This document shows positions 22,806 through 29,674 of a stretch of DNA of 29,674 nt, piece after piece. The DNA is from Chiloscyllium plagiosum (taxonomy: Eukaryota). The stretch spans positions 104,928,158 to 104,957,831 of the forward strand of contig NC_057718.1 in the NCBI RefSeq assembly GCF_004010195.1, read 5' to 3'. A program made the position numbers and the translations under genes. Below the pieces are notes generated by a model. The model was not told the origin of the DNA. It saw only the letters and a list, made by a program, of their open reading frames with translations, and did not search any database. How positions within the stretch are numbered: position 1 is the stretch's first letter; the number at the start of each line of letters is the position of its first letter.

Positions 22806-24226
22806 TATACAACTTAGTAACCAGGAGATGTCATTCTTTAACCATAAACTAGAACAAATGAGCCCAATCAACTGATAGGTTTCTCTTGAGTGTATTTTTA
22901 ATGACACACCTTAAAGTGGAAAAATTGCACCATCATTCAGACTGAGTTGACATAATCAACACTGACTTGTGTACGCTGTTTGTTCTCCACCCTGAGGCAT
23001 TTAGATTCAAACCCTGAGAGATCGAACATACAACTCCCAGTAAGTTAAATGTCAGACAGATACCGAGTTCAAATGAAGAGTTGAGTGATGTATGTGGAGG
23101 CCTGATTGTCGTCTCTGTGGAAGTCACCTAATCTCTGCTCGTGTTCTTTCACTGAAACATGACCAAGATTCAAAAACTAATTATCACTCGAGCTTGTTCA
23201 TCAGAACAAATCTCAGAAAACTGGCTGACAAGCCTCAAATCTCGGGATAAGCTGACTTTTACAGTCTTGTGAAAGAAACAATATGAAACATCCCCCAGTC
23301 ACTAAACTCATTTTACCTGGTGATCTCCCCCACCCTGACTACCTCCAAGTTCATAGTCCCCCCAATCCCGTACAGCCCGTTTCTACCTCCTTCCCAAAAT
23401 CCATAAACAGGACTTCCCGGACAGACCCATTGTTTCTGCCTGCTCCTGTCCCACAGGACCCACTGCTTCCTACCTCAACTCAGTTTTCTCTCACGCTGTC
23501 CAGTCCCTTTCCATTTACATCAGCGATTCCTCTGACGCGTTACGTTAGTTTCAGAATTTCCAATATTCAGCTCCAGCCGCCTCTTCACCATGAACATTCA
23601 ATCCCTTTACACGGCCATGCCTCCATCAGGATGGGCTCAGGGCTCTCCACTTCCTCCTAGATAAACGGCCTGGACCATACCCAGCCCCCACTGGCCTCCT
23701 CCACCTGACCAAGCTCATCCTCACCCTGAACAACTTCTCTTTTATACTCCTCTCACTTCCTTCAGATTGAAGCTGTGGCCCTGGGATGGCCCCAGTTATG
23801 GCCGTCTCTTTGCAAGGCCCATGCAACATTCCTTATTCCAATTCTACTCTGGTCCAACCCACAACTCTTTCTCTGGTTTATCAATAACATCATCAATGCT
23901 GCTTCCCACTCTCATTTGGAATTGGAAAAAATATCCATTTCACTCCTAGTTTCGCGCTCTCATCTTCACTGGGTCCATCTCTGACTCCTCCCTTCCCTTC
24001 CCTGACATCTCTGTTTCCATTTCTGAGAATGAGCTGTCCATCAGCATCCATTGCAAACACAGCAACCAGTCACTCAATCCAATCTACTGTATCTGCTGTG
24101 ATCTCCTTTACATTGGGGAAGTCAAGCATAGACTAAGTAACTGTTTTGCAGATCACTCGTGTTCTGCTGCAAAAATGACCTGAGCTTCCAGCTACCACCA
24201 CTTCAACCCACCACCCTGTTCCCTGA

Positions 24227-24513
24227 CTCAGTGGTTAGCACTGCTGCCTCACAGTGCCAGGGACCAGGGTTTGATTCCAACCTTGGGTGACTGTCCGTGT
24301 GGAATTTACACATTCTCTCCGTGTTTATGTGGGTTTCCTCCCACAGTCCAAAAATGTGCAGGTCAGGTGAATTGGTCATGCTAAATTGCCATAGTGTTAA
24401 ATGCGTTAGTCAGGGGTAAATATAGGGTAATGGGTCTGGCTGGGTTACCATTTGGAGGGTCAGTGTGGACTTATTGGGCCGAAGGGCCTGTTTCCATACT
24501 GTAGGGAATCTAA
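24227..24513 (+). mobile_element. HE1-type V-SINE nested in the PLE endonuclease region
   Basis: ctcagtggttagcactgctgcctcacag head, V-domain, and tail gggccgaagggcctgtttccatactgtagggaatctaatc. Confidence 0.88.
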
Positions 24514-24764
24514 TCTCTGTCTCAGGCTTGCTGCTGTGCTCCAGTGAAGCTCAGTGCCAGCTGGAAGAACGGCACCTCATTTTTCAATTGGGGAGCGCAC
24601 AGTCTTCAGGAATCAATATTGGGTTCAATAATTTTAGGGCCTGAACACCTCCTCCCATGCCCTTACCTCAAGCCCCCCACCAGGCCATCACATGATTACC
24701 ACCACAAATGACCCATCGACAGCTCTAATAGCCCCCATTAGCATCTATTGATTCTCCCGGACTG

Positions 24765-25075
24765 ACGGCGACACGGTGGCACAGTGGTTAGCACTGCTGC
24801 CTCACAGCGCCAGAGACCCGGATTCAACTCCCGCCTCAAGCGACTGACTGTGTGGAGTTTGCACGTTCTCCTAGTGTCTGCGTGGGTTTCCTCCGGGTTC
24901 TCCGGTTTCCTCCCACAGTCCAAAGATGTACAGGTCAGGTGAATTGGCCATGCTAAATTGCCCGTAGTGTTAGGTATAGGGGTAAATGTAGGGGTATGGG
25001 TGGGTTGCGCTTCAGCGGGGCGGTGTGGACTTGTTGGGCCGAAGGGCCTGTTTCCACACTGTAATGTAATCTAAT
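24765..25075 (+). mobile_element. HE1-type V-SINE, near full length
   Basis: A/B boxes, V-domain, and CR1-derived tail ending tgtaatgtaatctaa. Confidence 0.9.
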
Positions 25076-25824
25076 AAGTGTAATATATTGTTTCAAAATG
25101 ACTTTTACCAATTCCTCTGTCTGCCCGACTGCTTCTCGTGCTCTCTGGATTCCATCTCCACATTTATTCCTCCCCACTCCCCCCAATCCTATATTTACCA
25201 ACCTTTTCCTTGCTATAATTAATTCTATAGAAGGATCACTGGACAAAATGTTAACTCTGCTCTTTCTCTCCCCAGATGCTGCCAGACCGGAGTTTCTCCA
25301 GCAATTTTGTTTTGTTAGGTTGGAAGCATCTTCCTCAGTTGCAAATTTATCTCTTTGTGACTCCATCCACTTGGTTTTCTCATTCATCTCTCCCCTTCTT
25401 TCGCAGTAAATGGCTTTGACTTTCCCTTAGTCTAAGGACATATTTTTACTGGAGCTAAATTGTTTCGGTAATGCTCATCCTTTTTTTGTCACATCACTCA
25501 AACCAATCTGTTCAAAATACAGAGTTCTTGGATGGAGGAGTTTACCAGAGTTTTGTTCTGCAGAGACACATGAGTATCTCTCGTCTAAAGCTTCTGAAAC
25601 CAAAAACACTTAGGAGACACCACACCCTTTAAAAGAAACCAGTTAGGCTGGTACTGGGAGTGTCTGGGGAACATGTTAACCGGTTTTGGCCAGCCCACAA
25701 TAAGCACAAGTTTGTACCTGGCTGTGTCTACAGTGATGAAAAATGGGATTGATGCTCTCAGCAACAGTTTGTAGTGGCCTACTCCTGCTCCTAATGATAG
25801 GGGAGGAGGAGAAAAAAGGAAAAA

Positions 25825-27407
25825 ATAGGGAAATTATAAATGTTTATTTTTAATTTTTCTAAAGATTGATCTAAACAAAATGAAGTGCCTGACACTTTTA
25901 CCAACATTACATTTTGAAAGACATCTTAATTTGTTTACAGGTTTTCATACATTGACACATTTGCCAAAGTATCCACCAAGTAATCCAACATCAAGAAAAG
26001 TATAAAATAACGAGATATGAAGTGTAACAATTAAGCAGCGAGTTCTGTTGTTAATTCAGTCTTCACACCACAATGAGATCACATCACCAATATCTCCTGG
26101 TTATTGCTCGCTCCCAGAATGGGACAAGGTGATCAGCCCGAAATGAACATTGTCAGAATGTTTCTGTCTCGGTCTGGCAGTGAAATGTGCAGACTCAGAT
26201 GGACACACACCGCACAGAGGGGCTTGTGAAAAAAAACACTTGACAAATGCTGCAACACACATAAATAGGAAGGTTAAATGGAAAACAGCCAAGTGTTTCT
26301 GCTCCATATGACAGATCCTGATTGCAATACTCACAAAATTAGTGTGCCTCTGACAAAGTAGTTTATCATGAAACACAATCAGTAATCTCTCTGCTCATTG
26401 GATCTATCAGTTCTCAAAGTCTGTTCTTTTCCCTGGTAAATAACAGTGACTGAGAGCAAACACTGAAAACATGTAAAGTATTAGATATTCAATTGTCCCT
26501 TGAAATTAATCTTTTTACATTTAGAAATTTGTGAAATATTATGTAAATTACAATAACTTATAGAAAATGCAGTTCCTGCTGATACCAATCGATCTAATTA
26601 AAAGCTCGGTTTAGCAGATTAATTTGAAACACGTTGAAGCAGAAACTGCGAGATATTTCCCAGAAATAAGAACTTTATGACGAACATTACAGATTATGTC
26701 TCTTTATTTTAGAAGTGATTATTGATTGGAAGCAATAAAACATGTGATCTTATCAATAAAACTATTAATAAGTTAAGAGTATCAAGAAATATATCTTTAG
26801 TTTACAGAATCATCTAAATATCTAATACAATCGTTTGCTAACATTCCAATGGTTAATGATTCATTAAGACTAAAATGCATGATGTATATAAATAAGTATC
26901 TAGTGTCATACAGAACACAAACCACACCATCCATGTTACATTCTACAAAAACTATTTACAATCTAGACAATACCCTGACTAGTTCTGCTCTTTGTTTTAA
27001 AATATATATTTGTTAATGAGTTGTGCTGTCATTTCAGTGCAGAGACTGTAGTGCATGGTATAAACAACACACAAAAAAAGTCACTCCATTCAATGCCCTT
27101 ATCCTCCCTCCCTACCCCTTGGTGCAGATGTCCCACACACAAACCCAGCAGAATAAATTATGCTAGCAGGCTCAGAGCCATCTCCAATTGGATTTTACTT
27201 CTGTTATGAGTGCTTCCCCCAATTCCCCAAATCAGTGACATTGGCAATGTCTGAACAATGGTTCCATGTTTCTGTTGAGACAGTAGACAATGGAGCCTGA
27301 CACCGAGATAGCTCAGACCCAGATGGCTCTGCCACACAATGTGACGGCGAGTCTTTGACAGACTGATGGAAAACGTCACAGTTTCTCCTGACAGTCCCAA
27401 AAATATC
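25825..27407 (-). other. LGALSL: Probable 3' UTR of LGALSL
   Basis: AT-rich, apparently transposon-free stretch directly after the stop codon, unlike the rest of the window. AATAAA occurs on the minus strand at 26703-26708 and 25843-25848. Confidence 0.6.
25843..25848 (-). promoter_or_regulatory. Candidate distal polyadenylation signal
   Basis: AATAAA on the minus strand followed by a U/pyrimidine-rich tract (reverse complement of 25801-25835). Confidence 0.55.
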
Positions 27408-27584
<177 letters not shown>

Positions 27585-28734
27585 TCAGAAAAGGTCCAAT
27601 TATCAAAAACAAGTAGAATCATTAAAATATGCAGCATTTACCCAGAATATCAAACAGATAAAATATTAGCCATAATTTCATGGGAACAAGAGGCCATTCA
27701 GTGAGATCATATCTGAGCTGTGACCTAAGTCTTACACACTCACTTTTGCCCCAGCTTCCAAAACCTGCAAGCTCAGATTTCACCTTCACAACTGGTGTAG
27801 CATCAACGCCTTCCCACAAACTTCCATCACCCTCTGCTTACAGAAATATTTCATCATTTCACTCTTAAAAAGGTCCGTCCCTGGAATTGAGGCTTTGTCC
27901 TTGCTATTTTAATTCACTTGACCATCTACAGTACAATAATACTTCAAGTAAATTCCTTTAACCAGAGCAGTGGATGGAAGTAATAATAAATGTGGTACAA
28001 AGCCAATCAGACGAGGTGCACCCCGTGTTTAATGCCAAGTGTGATTTGTCCAATCTCCCTCTGGTCAGCTCCCAGTTCCTATGCTGGGCAGTGCTGGCAT
28101 GTGGAGTCAGTGAGACAGTAACAACGCTTTCCACAGCTGGAATGATTGATTAACAATAATTGTCTGGCTTGACATGAATGACAGTAATGTGGGTTGGGAG
28201 GGACTAGGGAATTGCCAGCAGAAGATGATATCTGTGCCTTTCAGGAATGGAAGGACAGAAGGTGGAAAAAGGCAACTTTTCCTTTAAAGAAATCAACACA
28301 AATTTTAAAATTTAGCATTTTTCTCCCTCCACAAATACGACGTGTCTTGTATTCAAGTCTCAGGTCATGTACATATCCTTCTTTCTGAAAGTGTCAACCA
28401 TTACCATGTTTAACAGTAGTTTATAATCACATTAAAACATTCTGTCAATGTATAATTCCAAACGAGCACTACTTTCCTATTTGCACTATTTGAACGGCAG
28501 TTGCTATCAATAATAAACCCATCTCTATTTCGGTGCAGTAACAGCCACTGAGCGCAGAAGAATACAAAGTCACAGGAAGCGATGGCCTTTGGTCTGTTAC
28601 CAGCAGTGCTCAGAGACAGGGTTTTGACAGGGTCTAGACCTTGTAGGTACTTGAAGGGGAACTGTTATTGTGTAAAGTTATTCTGATCCTAGTTAGGTAG
28701 CCCATATATGACATGTTATACAGTAACTCAGGGG

Positions 28735-28803
28735 TAACTCGAGATGGGCAATAAATACTGGTCCAGCCAGCAACACCCACGTCCCATGAGTGAATTAATA
28801 AAA
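28735..28803 (+). mobile_element. SINE/LINE 3' tail fragment
   Basis: gatgggcaataaatactggtccagccagcaacacccacgtcccatgagtgaat matches 9463-9513. Confidence 0.65.
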
Positions 28804-29063
28804 CACTCTGTCCTTAGTACAAACAAAATCCAGTATTTATGGAAAGTCATGAGACACAAGTTCCAAGTCTCAGCTGGACAATAACAAATAAAGTAATTAA
28901 AAAGTATGTATTAAAATACTGGTAATGAAATGGTTTAAATATTTTAACATGAGCTTATAACAATTAATAGTCTTTCTGCAAGTTGTAGAAATGTTTACAG
29001 TTTCTATAATCTTACTTTACAAAGTGGGTCAAACATGGTAATTCACTTCTGTGTGATCACGGG

Positions 29064-29280
29064 AAGTGGTGATGTATCAGAGTGACCCAGACACCCCCGG
29101 CTAATGTTCTCAGACATGGACCCCAATCTCTTCAAGGCCAGTGGGGAGATTTGAATTCAGTACAAGAGTAGAGTTGATAGTTGATCTCATAGCAACCATG
29201 TACCTACTGTCGATCACTGTGAAAACCCTCCGGTACACTAACGTCCTTTAGGGATGGAAATCTGCCATCCTTACCTGGTC
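29064..29280 (+). mobile_element. tRNA-derived SINE (family of 8969-9520), truncated by a CR1 end
   Basis: atttgaattca...cactaacgtcctttagggatggaaatctgccatccttacctggt matches 9267-9394. Confidence 0.7.
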
Positions 29281-29388
29281 ATAGAGTCATAGCAGTTTAC
29301 AGCATAGAAACAGGCCCTTCAGCCCAACTTAGCCAGTTTTCACAATTAAACTTGTCCCATTTGCCTGGGTTTGGTCATATCCATCCAT
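29280..29388 (-). mobile_element. CR1 3' terminus
   Basis: catagagtcatag tail and aaacaggcccttcagcccaac, the reverse complement of CR1 ends elsewhere in the window. Confidence 0.75.
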
Positions 29389-29674
29389 GCTGAAAAATGT
29401 GTTGCTGGAAAAGTGCAGCAGGTCAGGCAGCATCCAAGGAGCAGGAGAATTGACGTTTCGGGCATAAGCCCTTCTTCAGGAATGAGGAGGGTGTGCCAAG
29501 CAGGCTAAGATAAAAGGTAGGGAGGAGGGACTTGGTGGAGGGGCGTTGGGAATACGATAGATGGAAGGAGGTTAAGGTGAGGGTGATAGGCCGGAGAGGG
29601 GGTGGGAGTGGAGAGGTCGGGAAGAAGATTGCAGGTCAAGAAGGCAGTGCTGAGTCTGAGGGTTGGATCTGGGA
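29389..29674 (-). mobile_element. Family A Penelope terminal repeat plus adjoining pyrimidine-rich internal sequence, running off the window
   Basis: Near identical to 22605-22697; hammerhead-like core at 29452-29479. Confidence 0.8.

Larger units (their letters stand above)
23285..25318 (+). mobile_element. Decayed Penelope-like element (RT + GIY-YIG endonuclease + terminal repeat), interrupted by two SINEs
   Basis: RTARFYLLPKIHKQDFPDRPIVSACSCPT (FYLLPK from 23381), SLYT, LILTLNNFSF, GPSYG, SISDSSLPFPD, LLYIGE (YIGE at 24109-24120), LEERHLIFQLG..SGINIGFNNFR; terminal repeat at about 25220-25318. Confidence 0.88.

Noticed and set aside
24765..24840. tRNA gene
   Set aside because: The A/B boxes run straight into the V-SINE body; this is a SINE head, as at 21980-22053 and 24227.

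Overview
Eukaryotic, repeat-dense DNA that looks like a shark (elasmobranch) genome: HE1-type V-SINEs, DeuSINE remnants, many CR1 LINE fragments and Penelope-like elements (PLEs). The only host gene sequence I can support is the last coding exon (27408-27551, minus strand) and probable 3' UTR of LGALSL (galectin-related protein); the ORF track misses it. The rest is nested retroelement debris plus three tandem arrays. The most striking structure is a ~3 kb array (9897-12940) whose core is 53 apparently identical copies of a 53-bp unit. That unit is built only from the last 13-20 nt of an adjoining Penelope-type terminal repeat and is fused exactly to its 3' end, which suggests reiterated, telomerase-like copying followed by amplification. 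The window also holds several short palindromic PLE-derived inserts with minimal hammerhead-ribozyme-like motifs and 14-17 bp target-site duplications, a decayed RT + GIY-YIG Penelope element, and a local templated insertion. Family names come from recognition by eye, not a database search, and most repeat boundaries are approximate.
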